The translations under genes were made by a program, and so were the position numbers. From IMG/VR virus record IMGVR_UViG_3300005911_000002, positions 9,213 to 73,212 of that record: a stretch of DNA of 64,000 bases, one strand, 5' to 3'. The notes under the pieces were generated by a model. It searched no databases, was not told the origin of the DNA, and was given only the letters and a program-made list of their open reading frames with translations. Source of the DNA: a virus. Shown piece by piece: positions 39,076-48,857 of the stretch. Every line of letters begins with the position of its first letter. Within the stretch, counting starts at the first letter, position 1.

Positions 39076-39852
39076 ATGACTAACCCTAGATTAACCACAC
39101 TCGGTGACGGGTGGGATTATCAAAATGATCATGTGCAGAATGAGATACAAGCGGGTTCGTTTGTGTCTGGGAAAAGCACATTATTGATGGCTGGTCCTGC
39201 TAAATTAGGAGAGCTTTCTGGTAGTGCACTGGGATCTGACGTGAAACTTGCAGGCACTGCACTTGACAAGCTGTATCCAATTGGACTAGCACAGCAGTTT
39301 GGATTTAACCAAGCTCTGCCTTCTCAGGAGGTTCACGAAATCGGTTCGGAACGTTCATACTTTATGAAAGCTAGAACATCATACTCCGCTACAATCGGAA
39401 CAGTTTTCTACAACGGGCCAAATATACTGCGGTCGTTGTACGCCTATTCACCGTTTGCTCTTAGAAACGGGGGCGGTAACCCAAATGATTTTCAACCAAT
39501 ACTGAAGGACTTCGCCGTCGGTTACCAAAACTTCCCAACGCTGGCTAATAAAGATTTTGGAGAACTTCCAGGATACGGAAACATATGGCTGAATGGTAAA
39601 TCAGATCTATTCTCTTATCCATTTGGACTAGCTGTTTTGTTTGCAGATACATCTGGCAAACTCGTTACTGCTATTTATATTGAGGATGCATACATCCAAG
39701 GACATAATATGTCTATTGGCGCAACATCTACCATTATAATGGAATCGTGCACTATACGGTTCGACAGAATTAAACCAATCAAGATGGAAATCAAGTTTGG
39801 GACAGATACTGCCGGTAGCTCAACGGGATCAATAGGATATACAACTAAGTAG
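39076..39852 (+). CDS. Tail tube protein
   Basis: Follows sheath; IGLAQQF..Q..HEIGS, YIEDAYI motifs. Confidence 0.75.
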   Translation: MTNPRLTTLGDGWDYQNDHVQNEIQAGSFVSGKSTLLMAGPAKLGELSGSALGSDVKLAGTALDKLYPIGLAQQFGFNQALPSQEVHEIGSERSYFMKARTSYSATIGTVFYNGPNILRSLYAYSPFALRNGGGNPNDFQPILKDFAVGYQNFPTLANKDFGELPGYGNIWLNGKSDLFSYPFGLAVLFADTSGKLVTAIYIEDAYIQGHNMSIGATSTIIMESCTIRFDRIKPIKMEIKFGTDTAGSSTGSIGYTTK

Positions 39853-39888
39853 CAACAGAAGTAAGTTAAAAAATACGTTAAATATACA

Positions 39889-39917
39889 AAGTGCTCCTCC
39901 GGGAGTACTTTTTTTTT
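39889..39917 (+). terminator. Terminator after the tube gene
   Basis: AAGTGCTCC/GGAGTACTT stem followed by a T-run. Confidence 0.8.
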
Positions 39918-40015
39918 GCCTTGTTTTTCCTGCTCCTATGTGATAGTATATTTAGACAATATTGCTGAGATGCGTCAAATGCGGAAAGCAATTATAAATA
40001 CTTGGAGGTATTACA

Positions 40016-40405
40016 ATGAGTGATTTTCTTAAGAATCTTTTTGACAACAGTGTGAGTGATGACTCAATAGGCAACCCCGGAGAAGCTTCCGGAATACAGG
40101 AGGACGCGGATAATACTTTTATTGGGAAGCATTTTGTAGGCTCTTTGGTAGGACACTCTGATGGGACCACGGTGCTATATTTTTATAGAATATACAAAGG
40201 GAAGTATATTAATCTAGATAGGAACGCGGCTTCGTACCTGTTGGACAAAGCAACTGAGTACTTTCAACAGTTCCCAGCATCTATGGATAATGCATATATT
40301 AAAAGGACAGAAACAGGTTGTGGGGCATACGTTCTGTTCAAGAGTGCCAAAGAGTACGGCTATGTGTTTAAGCAGATAGTAAAAGATTTCTTCAAAACAG
40401 TATGA
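40016..40405 (+). CDS. Hypothetical protein
   Basis: GGAGGT SD. Confidence 0.6.
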   Translation: MSDFLKNLFDNSVSDDSIGNPGEASGIQEDADNTFIGKHFVGSLVGHSDGTTVLYFYRIYKGKYINLDRNAASYLLDKATEYFQQFPASMDNAYIKRTETGCGAYVLFKSAKEYGYVFKQIVKDFFKTV

Positions 40406-40776
40406 CCGAATCTAAAGTAAAGAGAATGCTGGATGCCAGGATATACAGGATAGCAATGTTATTAGGTGTCCCGGTCCATATTCTTCCGATATCCGATAAG
40501 TTTAATACAGGGCTTCCTGATAGATTAATACTAACGTCAGGGGCCCCGTTTATGTATGAGGCTAAACTTGATGGTAAAAAATACGGGTTCACTAAAGTTC
40601 AGAAAGGGAAAGCTAGGCTGTTATACAGCGATTTGGGTATAAAAACATACGGCATTGAATCCAAGGATATGAAAACAATAAAAATATATGATAGTCTTGA
40701 TTCGGAAGCCATGGTGGTGCACGTAGACCATCTGGATATGATGCTAGAGCACATGCTAACGGAGGCAATAGGATGA
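40402..40776 (+). CDS. VRR-NUC / Holliday junction resolvase-like nuclease
   Basis: MTES..., GLPDR, YEAK, T..Q. Confidence 0.75.
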   Translation: MTESKVKRMLDARIYRIAMLLGVPVHILPISDKFNTGLPDRLILTSGAPFMYEAKLDGKKYGFTKVQKGKARLLYSDLGIKTYGIESKDMKTIKIYDSLDSEAMVVHVDHLDMMLEHMLTEAIG

Positions 40777-43181
40777 TAAAATTTATTAAAGATTCAAGTG
40801 GGAATAGGAGGAAGTTTGACCCGGAGATGATAGTAAAAGCTATTAAGCGGGCATCCGACTCCCCTATTAACTATGAGGCAGTAGTTTCTAAGGTGATTGA
40901 CTTTATAATGATTTCGTATAAAGCATACTCACGATACCCTACAACAGGAATGGTCGATGACCTTGTAGAAAAAGTCCTGATTGAGATGGACTACTCGAAT
41001 GTGGCAAAGGCGTATATCCTGCAGAGGGAAAATGAGGATAGGGCTAAGGACGCTAAGAAGATGTTCAAGGACTCTATCACGATGATAAACGAGTACATTG
41101 GGGAGGATATTTGGGAAGTAAATGAGAACTCCAACATGGCGTATTCTGTACAAGGACTTAACCACCACGTTGTGGGAAAGGTGGTATCAAACTACTGGTT
41201 AAACACTGTCTATTCGAGAGAAATTAGACAAGCGCACCTGTCGGGAGACCTGCATATCCATGATTTATCAGAACTTTGTGGATATTGTAATGGGTGGGAT
41301 TTGGCGGATCTGCTTGCAACAGGGTTTAGAGGGGCGCCCGGTAAGGTAGAGAGCGGTCCTGCTAAGCATTTCAACACTGCCGTTCTGCAGATGGCAAACT
41401 TTATTTTCGTTTTGGCTGGCGAGGGGGCGGGAGCACAAGCTTTTAGTAACTTTGATACGCTTCTCGCCCCGTATGTGCGCAACGATAGCTTAACTCAAAA
41501 AGAAGTTGACCAGATAATACAAGAGCTGCTATTTCACCTAAACACCAGTACTAGAACGGGATTTCAAAGTCCATTTTCTAACATTACGGTAGATATCCAC
41601 CCGTCTCAAAATTACAGAGACCAGGAAGTGTATATAGCCGGAGAAAGTACGGGGACTACTTACGGCGACTATCAAAAAGAAATGGATATGATAAACAAAG
41701 CGCTCGTATCTAATATGCTCCACGGGGATGTTAATGGCGCGATATTTAGCTTTCCTATCATAACTGTAAACATCGGAAAAGACTTTGAGTGGGATAGACC
41801 TGGTATGGAAGACATGTGGGAACTTACAGCTAAGTACGGGCCGTTCTATTTCGCAAATTACGTTAACTCCGATCTTAAACCGGAGGACGCTGTTAGTATG
41901 TGTTGCTTACGCGGAGACACGGCGGTATCCTTTGGTATGCCAAGTATCGATGACGGGACGTACACTGGTAGGTTAAGCTACTCTTTGGCAGAGGCCTTCA
42001 AAGTGTGCGGTGGGGATATCGTGGATGTGTCACGCGGTGGCGAGTCCGTCAAGGCTAGATTTGTGAAAGTTCCTTATGGGAGACAGATGTATCGGTTGGA
42101 TGTGCTTGTGGATGGAGAAAAAGACGCCCTCGTTACCACCGACGATCATCTAAACCCTACATTACATCATGGGGATGTTAGATCAGACGAAGTTACTACA
42201 TCGCATACACTAATAGGATCTTCGAATCGCACCCCCGTAAAGATTTTAAAGATTACCAAACTTGAAGAAGTAGAGGATTTCGCATACTGCGCGGAAGTTC
42301 TAGAAGGTGAGCCATACTTCGATGTAGGGGCTTCCGGAATACTAACGCACAATTGCAGATTACGCTTAGACACCAAGGAGATAAACAAGCGCGGCGGGGG
42401 TCTGTTCGGATCTAACCCGCTAACGGGATCCGTTGGTGTAGTAACTTTGAATTTACCTCGCCTGGGGTTCCTATCGAGCACAGACGACGACTTCTTTGAA
42501 AGGTTGGATATCTTAATCGATAACGCGAAGAAGTCTCTTGTAATAAAGAGAAAGTTTATCGAGAAGTTCACCGAGCAGGGGTTATATCCATATAGTAAGT
42601 TCTATCTACGTGCGATCAAAAAACGAACCGGCAGTTACTGGACTAACCACTACAACACGATAGGTATAGTAGGGATGCACGAATGTTGCCTGAACTACTT
42701 AGGAGTTGGGATAGAAACAGACCCAGGGTTGGAATTTGCAGTGAAGGTTATGAACTACATGAGAAAACGTATCCTTGAATTACAAGAGAGCACAGGACTA
42801 CTATTCAACCTTGAGGCTACTCCAGCAGAATCTACCGCGTATAGGTTGGCATTAAAAGATAGAGAGCTGTATCCTAAAATAATAAGTTCGGGTGAGGACG
42901 AACCCTACTACACAAATTCAACAAACCTACCGGTGGATTTCACCGACGACTTGTTCATGGCAATGAGACATCAAGAGCAACTACAACCCCTGTATACGGG
43001 TGGGTGCGTTTTTCACGCATTCCTAGGAGAGAGATTGGAGGACGGTGACATAACTAAAACTCTGGTTAGGAAGATGTGCGAGCAATCAGAGATACCATAC
43101 ATATCGATCACACCTACATTTTCAATATGCCCCGACCACGGGTATATTGCTGGGGCCCATCCGGTATGTCCTAAATGCTAG
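40773..43181 (+). CDS. nrdD: Class III ribonucleotide reductase with ATP cone and mini-intein, lacking the C-terminal glycyl-radical segment
   Basis: ATP cone, LHIHDL, GYC.GW, SMC[intein]CRL, EATPAE, YTGG; stops at CPDHG..CPKC. Confidence 0.93.
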   Translation: MIKFIKDSSGNRRKFDPEMIVKAIKRASDSPINYEAVVSKVIDFIMISYKAYSRYPTTGMVDDLVEKVLIEMDYSNVAKAYILQRENEDRAKDAKKMFKDSITMINEYIGEDIWEVNENSNMAYSVQGLNHHVVGKVVSNYWLNTVYSREIRQAHLSGDLHIHDLSELCGYCNGWDLADLLATGFRGAPGKVESGPAKHFNTAVLQMANFIFVLAGEGAGAQAFSNFDTLLAPYVRNDSLTQKEVDQIIQELLFHLNTSTRTGFQSPFSNITVDIHPSQNYRDQEVYIAGESTGTTYGDYQKEMDMINKALVSNMLHGDVNGAIFSFPIITVNIGKDFEWDRPGMEDMWELTAKYGPFYFANYVNSDLKPEDAVSMCCLRGDTAVSFGMPSIDDGTYTGRLSYSLAEAFKVCGGDIVDVSRGGESVKARFVKVPYGRQMYRLDVLVDGEKDALVTTDDHLNPTLHHGDVRSDEVTTSHTLIGSSNRTPVKILKITKLEEVEDFAYCAEVLEGEPYFDVGASGILTHNCRLRLDTKEINKRGGGLFGSNPLTGSVGVVTLNLPRLGFLSSTDDDFFERLDILIDNAKKSLVIKRKFIEKFTEQGLYPYSKFYLRAIKKRTGSYWTNHYNTIGIVGMHECCLNYLGVGIETDPGLEFAVKVMNYMRKRILELQESTGLLFNLEATPAESTAYRLALKDRELYPKIISSGEDEPYYTNSTNLPVDFTDDLFMAMRHQEQLQPLYTGGCVFHAFLGERLEDGDITKTLVRKMCEQSEIPYISITPTFSICPDHGYIAGAHPVCPKC
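41904..42353 (+). other. 150-aa mini-intein in NrdD
   Basis: Begins CLRGDT, block B TDDH, ends ILTHN followed by Cys+1; splicing restores SMCCRL. Confidence 0.92.
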
Positions 43182-43197
43182 AATACAAGGAGAGTAA

Positions 43198-43479
43198 ATG
43201 TTACAAAGATTACTAACTAAGGAATATGAGCTCGGGGTTGAAATAAGAGAAAACTTCGGGATATGTAGAACTGACCTGCAGTTCAGGTCGTATGGTATAA
43301 CAATGCCAGAAGAATTTATTATAATGGTACTGCCCGGGAATAACAGAACTAAATTGATTCTTGAGTTGTTCTATAATAAGGAAGTTACCTTTGAGACACA
43401 TGCAGAGGTTATCAAAGATATACTGATTTCAAATGAAAATAATGCGGGAGTTTACAGACCCGCAGATAACATGATGTAA
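43198..43479 (+). CDS. Hypothetical protein
   Basis: AAGGAG SD; no RxxG radical motif. Confidence 0.55.
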   Translation: MLQRLLTKEYELGVEIRENFGICRTDLQFRSYGITMPEEFIIMVLPGNNRTKLILELFYNKEVTFETHAEVIKDILISNENNAGVYRPADNMM

Positions 43480-43506
43480 AATAGGGGGCACCAGCCCCTT
43501 ATTTTT
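43479..43506. terminator. Bidirectional terminator
   Basis: AAAATAGGGG/CCCTTATTTT between convergent genes. Confidence 0.75.
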
Positions 43507-43924
43507 AAATAAAAGGGCTCGGTGTAATTTTGCCCAGTGCTTTACCAGATAAGTACTCTGCACCACCTTTTGCAGCGTATATCCCACCAACTATACCAGA
43601 ACCCAAAGCAAAATTCTTTAGGGCTCTTCTTAGATGTGTTGATCCATTTTTACGTTTAACCATGGCTACAAGGCCTGATATAGCGGATATGAGAATAGCA
43701 TTTGCATAAATCCCATCCTCCGCCTCACCAAACATTATCCCACCAACTCCTCCTGGTTCCCCTGTATGCTTTGCCCGCATACCTGCAGAAAATGGTCTAC
43801 CCAGGTAATGGTCGACTATTGGATACGCATCTCTGAGCTCAGCCTCAGATCCTATATTCATAACCTTTCTTGTTACATGGTATGCTGGACTACTGTAATC
43901 TATCTCACGTGCTTTTTTAATCAT
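43505..43924 (-). CDS. Small protein with two hydrophobic helices
   Basis: AILISAISGLVAMV and FALGSGIVGGIYAA; KKA at the N-terminus. Confidence 0.55.
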   Translation of the reverse strand: MIKKAREIDYSSPAYHVTRKVMNIGSEAELRDAYPIVDHYLGRPFSAGMRAKHTGEPGGVGGIMFGEAEDGIYANAILISAISGLVAMVKRKNGSTHLRRALKNFALGSGIVGGIYAAKGGAEYLSGKALGKITPSPFI

Positions 43925-44565
43925 TATAAACCTCCTTGAGTAAGGCTAAGAACTGCTACAGCCCCTGACTCTGCTGTTATACCGTATGCAATAACTGCCA
44001 CGTTGTTATCATAGTCTAGATATGCGTCTCTTACCGTAAGCAGTGCCAACCGCTCGTCGGAATTAACAATATCTTCCTGGTAATATTTTATTATTCCGGA
44101 AACCCTGTTCCCCGCTTCCGTAGCTAACGCAACAATACCTGTTTCGGACTGCAGGTACTCTGGATTCTCTGCGGCCATCCGTCTAAGGTTGCCGCCGATA
44201 GCAGGATCCACAATGTCCTCGCCTGTATTTGTTAATAGAAGCTTTATGACCATCTGCTCTAGTTTTTTTATTCCTGAAACTCCCAGAGGACTTTTACCGG
44301 ATGTGAAACTAATCTGACTAGCCTGGTTTATCCCAATACCCGACGGTAGAAACTCGGTTATCTCGGTATAAGTTACGGGGGCTGTATTGAATTGTATTTT
44401 GTTACTATCAACACTAAAGTCATCTGTAGGACTACCATCTGAAGTTATTACGACTTCATTAGCACTAAAATCCGGAACAAAACCTAATTCCCATAGAGTA
44501 CAAGTACCGTCCCAATTGGACTTCGCCTCGGTAATTACCCCAACCATGTTTATTGCATAATCCAT
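43924..44565 (-). CDS. Baseplate wedge gp25-like protein
   Basis: GIKKLEQMVIKLLLT..G....P..GG.L, DERL. Confidence 0.7.
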   Translation of the reverse strand: MDYAINMVGVITEAKSNWDGTCTLWELGFVPDFSANEVVITSDGSPTDDFSVDSNKIQFNTAPVTYTEITEFLPSGIGINQASQISFTSGKSPLGVSGIKKLEQMVIKLLLTNTGEDIVDPAIGGNLRRMAAENPEYLQSETGIVALATEAGNRVSGIIKYYQEDIVNSDERLALLTVRDAYLDYDNNVAVIAYGITAESGAVAVLSLTQGGL

Positions 44566-46493
44566 TATGCCCTCCCCGTAGCAGTTAGTACTTGTTGCAT
44601 CAGCCCTTCAATTTTAGACATATATTCCCTGGATTCATCTATATTTACTTTTGATAATTCAGCATAGGATGCCATTATATTACCCGACAGCCTATTAGCA
44701 TAATCGACTGAAGTAAACTCAGTTATAAGTATATCTAATACCGCAAGCATATCTACACTAGTGGTTTCGAGCTTTAGTTTCCTCAGCTCCTGACACAAGC
44801 TACCTTCGTATGTAGATGTTGTAGGCGTTGCCTTAAATACATCTTTAGTTGCACCCTTGCCAATGTCATCCCCGAGTTTTTTAAGACCCGCGGTATCGGC
44901 TGTGCTCTTTATATCCTCTAAAAAATTATCTTTAAAATCTTTAACGGGGGTAGAGTCTAACTTGTTATACGCAGATATTACACTGACTACTTCAGTATTA
45001 AACGAAGTTAGCATGGTCTCGGTAGTTGACCGTAGTTCCGGTGTCATGACTTGCGCTCCAGTTATAAGGTCCTCTACAATCCTAAGGGCAGCACTAGCTT
45101 TATATACAACCTCGGTAGTATCCGGCTCCTCCCACGCAGACACTGCAGTTGCTGCCGATGTATACGCTGACTTTGCCACGAGAGGCATACTGGCTACAGC
45201 TGCACGCCCAACACTTGACGTTGCAATAGAGTCCAGATATGAAAGCATATCAGTAAACGAATCGTAAACGTCACGATAATACGGTAACCCCTTCGACCTA
45301 GATGTCGATTGCGTATACGCCGCGGTCTTCTGCTCCAGGTCTTCGATTTTACCTTTTATAGCTCCCGGCATTACTTTTTGTAAAAAATTAGATCGAGCAT
45401 ATTTCTCGGTATCGCTGAACAACGACATAGCCATATTAAGTTGATATCGTATGCCACTGGTATTCTCCGAGTTATATAGCGTGTAAGATACTATATTTGA
45501 GAGAATATCACTGAACGATACCCCATATAAAATACCCTGCACTAAAATCCCTTCCAAGGTTGTTGTATCGTACTGACGACTAAAGCTTATAAGATTTGCC
45601 GATGGCATGCTTCTCCCCATTAGTTGGGCAACTTGCTCTGGTGTGAATGACCCGGACATCTCTTGTAGTGCTATGGATGTAATAATACTTTCTGGAGTAG
45701 CTCCCGACGTCATACCTACTATAACCTGCGTGGCAACCCCGTTAGGAAAGTATTTTCCGAATATACTCGATATCATAGTGTTCTGGGCTGTACCTTGCAT
45801 AACTGCGGAGAGTATTTCTGGAGGAAGTAGTGCCCTAAGCTCATTATAGGCAGCGTCTTTTACAATATCACTCGTAAGGTTACGTCCCACAAGACCATTT
45901 AGCAGGGCCGCGGATATCTTAGAGTCTATTGTTGTAGGGAGTATTTCCTGTGGGAGTGTTTTATTAGATACCATTTGTATCAGACCCCAAGCATCACTTA
46001 TGGTACTTGACATCCCAGATAGTACAGTTCTTAATACCTGGGCCCCAAGGTCATATCTGTACGGCTCAGTGCTAACTATATTCTTTACAGTTGAGATTGT
46101 GCCAGATACGTCCGGTATGTCGTAGTTACCGCTCAATGCCTCACCCAGAAGAGAGCTTATTGGGCTAGCCATATTCTCCAGGGCGCTAACAGCCTCGTCT
46201 CTAAGGGTAGTGGCATGGGATATCGCATTAAAACCCATCCCTAGTATAGTTGTTGGAGAAGTTGTCATCCTTTGCAGCATAGACGCTTGTATTCGGTCCG
46301 TAGTACTCGTGTCTTTTAGATTATCAATGGGTGTCATATTATACTGGTCCATTGTTTTTTTCATCTGACCTGCCAATGCTAGTGCAGTTCCTTCTTCTTT
46401 ATCAAGGGTCTGGTTCTTCTGCTTTTTCCACTCCTTGTACTCTTTCAGAGAATTACGCACCTCACTGTCAGTATACCATGTGTATGTAGTCAT
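44565..46493 (-). CDS. Hypothetical helical virion-associated protein
   Basis: 642 aa, translationally coupled within the baseplate operon. Confidence 0.6.
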   Translation of the reverse strand: MTTYTWYTDSEVRNSLKEYKEWKKQKNQTLDKEEGTALALAGQMKKTMDQYNMTPIDNLKDTSTTDRIQASMLQRMTTSPTTILGMGFNAISHATTLRDEAVSALENMASPISSLLGEALSGNYDIPDVSGTISTVKNIVSTEPYRYDLGAQVLRTVLSGMSSTISDAWGLIQMVSNKTLPQEILPTTIDSKISAALLNGLVGRNLTSDIVKDAAYNELRALLPPEILSAVMQGTAQNTMISSIFGKYFPNGVATQVIVGMTSGATPESIITSIALQEMSGSFTPEQVAQLMGRSMPSANLISFSRQYDTTTLEGILVQGILYGVSFSDILSNIVSYTLYNSENTSGIRYQLNMAMSLFSDTEKYARSNFLQKVMPGAIKGKIEDLEQKTAAYTQSTSRSKGLPYYRDVYDSFTDMLSYLDSIATSSVGRAAVASMPLVAKSAYTSAATAVSAWEEPDTTEVVYKASAALRIVEDLITGAQVMTPELRSTTETMLTSFNTEVVSVISAYNKLDSTPVKDFKDNFLEDIKSTADTAGLKKLGDDIGKGATKDVFKATPTTSTYEGSLCQELRKLKLETTSVDMLAVLDILITEFTSVDYANRLSGNIMASYAELSKVNIDESREYMSKIEGLMQQVLTATGRA

Positions 46494-47206
46494 AATTTGC
46501 TTACTTTCTCTTTTAGTATATTTGAAATTCGCAGTCTAACTGAGCTAACCCACCTGGGTGACTTATTTTCCTGTATTGCAATATCTTGTGTAGATTTTCC
46601 GCTAAGTAGACTATCCATTATGCGATTTTCGGTCTCATCAAGTTCATACCTAGTCATCTCAAGTAAATCTTTTGGTGTGTAGTTCCGCACAACGGAATCA
46701 TCTCCACGTCCAACGTCAGCTTCTGGTTCGAGAGTATAATCTTTCCGAACCATTCTTCGTAGATCCCTTACTTGAGTTTGTGGTATATTCATGTGGGTAG
46801 CTATCTCAAGCTCGTCAGGATCTCTCCCAAGGGATTCAGTGAGCTCCGTTACAGCCGTGTTATATGGTGAGATAAGTTGTATTTTACTTTCCGGGATTCT
46901 CCCCGTGTTTTGATGATTTCCAACATACCTATATAATTTTCTCAGATAGTAATCAACATGAGTTCCTATGGCAGCTTTCCCAGGTTTGTACGTTTCCAGA
47001 GCTTTGCCGGCTAGCCTATACCCCTCAGCCTTTATAGCTTGGAACGGTATCGGGGCGTTTCTATACTTACTTGCATGGTGAACTATAGCAGGTGTGAGGG
47101 ACTCCATTAAATCATCAAGGGACTCTGTACTCCCCGTATCTTTCCAATCAGTCCATAACGCAAGCTGCCTATCAAATCTTGTTGTGGTATTCGGCTGAGA
47201 TTCCAT
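46490..47206 (-). CDS. Sigma70-family RNA polymerase sigma factor
   Basis: Region 2 (IVHHASKY..KALETYKP..IGTHV), RIPE, region 3 LGRDPDELEIA, region 4 HTH. Confidence 0.8.
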   Translation of the reverse strand: MESQPNTTTRFDRQLALWTDWKDTGSTESLDDLMESLTPAIVHHASKYRNAPIPFQAIKAEGYRLAGKALETYKPGKAAIGTHVDYYLRKLYRYVGNHQNTGRIPESKIQLISPYNTAVTELTESLGRDPDELEIATHMNIPQTQVRDLRRMVRKDYTLEPEADVGRGDDSVVRNYTPKDLLEMTRYELDETENRIMDSLLSGKSTQDIAIQENKSPRWVSSVRLRISNILKEKVSKL

Positions 47207-48857
47207 AATATTTACTCCCCCTAATGGCTATTTCGTCAAACTCTTTCTTGAATAAAGTTACAAATTCTTTCCGGGCGGTTTGATTGAAAGTTACTTCAGA
47301 CCGGTATTTATCTCCGGTAATGACACCTTTCTTTCTTTTACTCTTATACAAATCCAGGTCTGTATGCCCTTTCTTTACCATTTCTAGAATGGTGTGGCTA
47401 AGCTGATCTCTAACACTATCAAAACTTGATGTGTTAACTAGTATCTCCGAGCCCAGTTTTGCGTACTCTTCTCCCAGAGTTGCAGGATTTGCTATATCTG
47501 CCTTGATCCACGGATGATTAACTGTATTCACTTGTGATTCTACCATAAAACAGTATTCAAGTCCAACAGAAGTTGTAGCTACTCCTCCTACGGAGTACGA
47601 ATGTGTTATTGATTGCACAGTTCCTACAATGTGGTCCTTGTCCACCGGGTCAAATATTATAGCAGGAACGCCTGCTAATATCATGGGATCGAACATCGGA
47701 AGATTTACACTTGGGACTGCGTTGGCCCCTATACCACTGAGCTCGTGGAAATATTCCGTAGTCAACTGGTATACGTCCTTTTCCGGATCCTGGGATTTAA
47801 GTATACCTGATACTGGTACCATCATCTCTATTCTAGGATTAGCTACGGCGCCTTTGTATATTTCATCTGACTCCAGCAATACCTTTCCCTCAAGTGTATA
47901 CTGGTCGGTAAGGATGTCCTTGGGGTACCCTCGGTACTCCCACGAAATACCCGGCTTGCTAGGGATACCCTTGGTTTTTTGCATGTTACCGAGCGACATT
48001 ATTGTCCTTGTGGGAGCTGCCATAATATTCTCCACCATAGTAAATGATGTAGGTGTTAATATGTTGCACTTGGGTGGAATCGCTGTAATAAGTTGGGGTA
48101 AAATATCAATGTTACCAAGTAGCCCACCGGTTGGGGAGAACTGCTCATACTGGTTATAACTTATAAGGCGCATAAAGGAGCGAATAGTATAGTTTATTGA
48201 GTTGTTAGATGACTGCTGCCCCTGGTTTTTTGCGAGAATATTATCGTAAACTAACTTAGCGTTCCCTACGTCTGAGAGAAAACTATCATCGAAAGAAACT
48301 CGGTATCTGCTTGCCAATTTGGTAGTTACCAGATAGTCTACCGTAACGCTGTCCAGCTTAGCAAGGTGTGATGTTCTTGTATCTGTTCCCCCTGAGGATA
48401 CTATTGATTTTACAAATTCCCTAATTCCGTTAGTAACCGACGGGTCACCGCCAGCAGCAGTTCTCTCCGTCATCCTTGTCACTAGTTCAGAAAAAGTAGA
48501 TCGTGGCAGTTTGGCTGACATCTGGTGTAGTGCTGCATACCGCACGTCTACCTGGTCATATGGTATATACTTTGTCCGACTACCGACGCCCTCAAAGGAG
48601 TATGCTACTGATTGATTTGGTCGCACACCTTGTCTAGTTGTCAGATACCCGTCACAAAGAAGAAGGTACTCTGCATCAAAACTAAACTTGTAAAAGATAG
48701 CTACGTGAGTATTGGCTTTGAGATTATATGCTGATGTTATCGGTGGTAATGATATCACCCCACTCATACCTCCCCCAGCAGAGGTTGTATGAAAACTTAG
48801 AAATGGTACTTCGACACCTTCCATGAACACTTGGAACTTTGCACCTGCGGTATCCAT
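47172..48857 (-). CDS. Putative baseplate hub protein
   Basis: VFMEGVEVP N-terminus, PPKCNIL, FDP.ILAGVPA..G.VQSITHS C-terminus. Confidence 0.55.
   Translation of the reverse strand: MDTAGAKFQVFMEGVEVPFLSFHTTSAGGGMSGVISLPPITSAYNLKANTHVAIFYKFSFDAEYLLLCDGYLTTRQGVRPNQSVAYSFEGVGSRTKYIPYDQVDVRYAALHQMSAKLPRSTFSELVTRMTERTAAGGDPSVTNGIREFVKSIVSSGGTDTRTSHLAKLDSVTVDYLVTTKLASRYRVSFDDSFLSDVGNAKLVYDNILAKNQGQQSSNNSINYTIRSFMRLISYNQYEQFSPTGGLLGNIDILPQLITAIPPKCNILTPTSFTMVENIMAAPTRTIMSLGNMQKTKGIPSKPGISWEYRGYPKDILTDQYTLEGKVLLESDEIYKGAVANPRIEMMVPVSGILKSQDPEKDVYQLTTEYFHELSGIGANAVPSVNLPMFDPMILAGVPAIIFDPVDKDHIVGTVQSITHSYSVGGVATTSVGLEYCFMVESQVNTVNHPWIKADIANPATLGEEYAKLGSEILVNTSSFDSVRDQLSHTILEMVKKGHTDLDLYKSKRKKGVITGDKYRSEVTFNQTARKEFVTLFKKEFDEIAIRGSKYYGISAEYHNKI

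Noticed and set aside
40773-43181. nrdD as a pseudogene
   Set aside because: The frame is intact, nrdG is intact, and the missing segment exists at 62206-62355.
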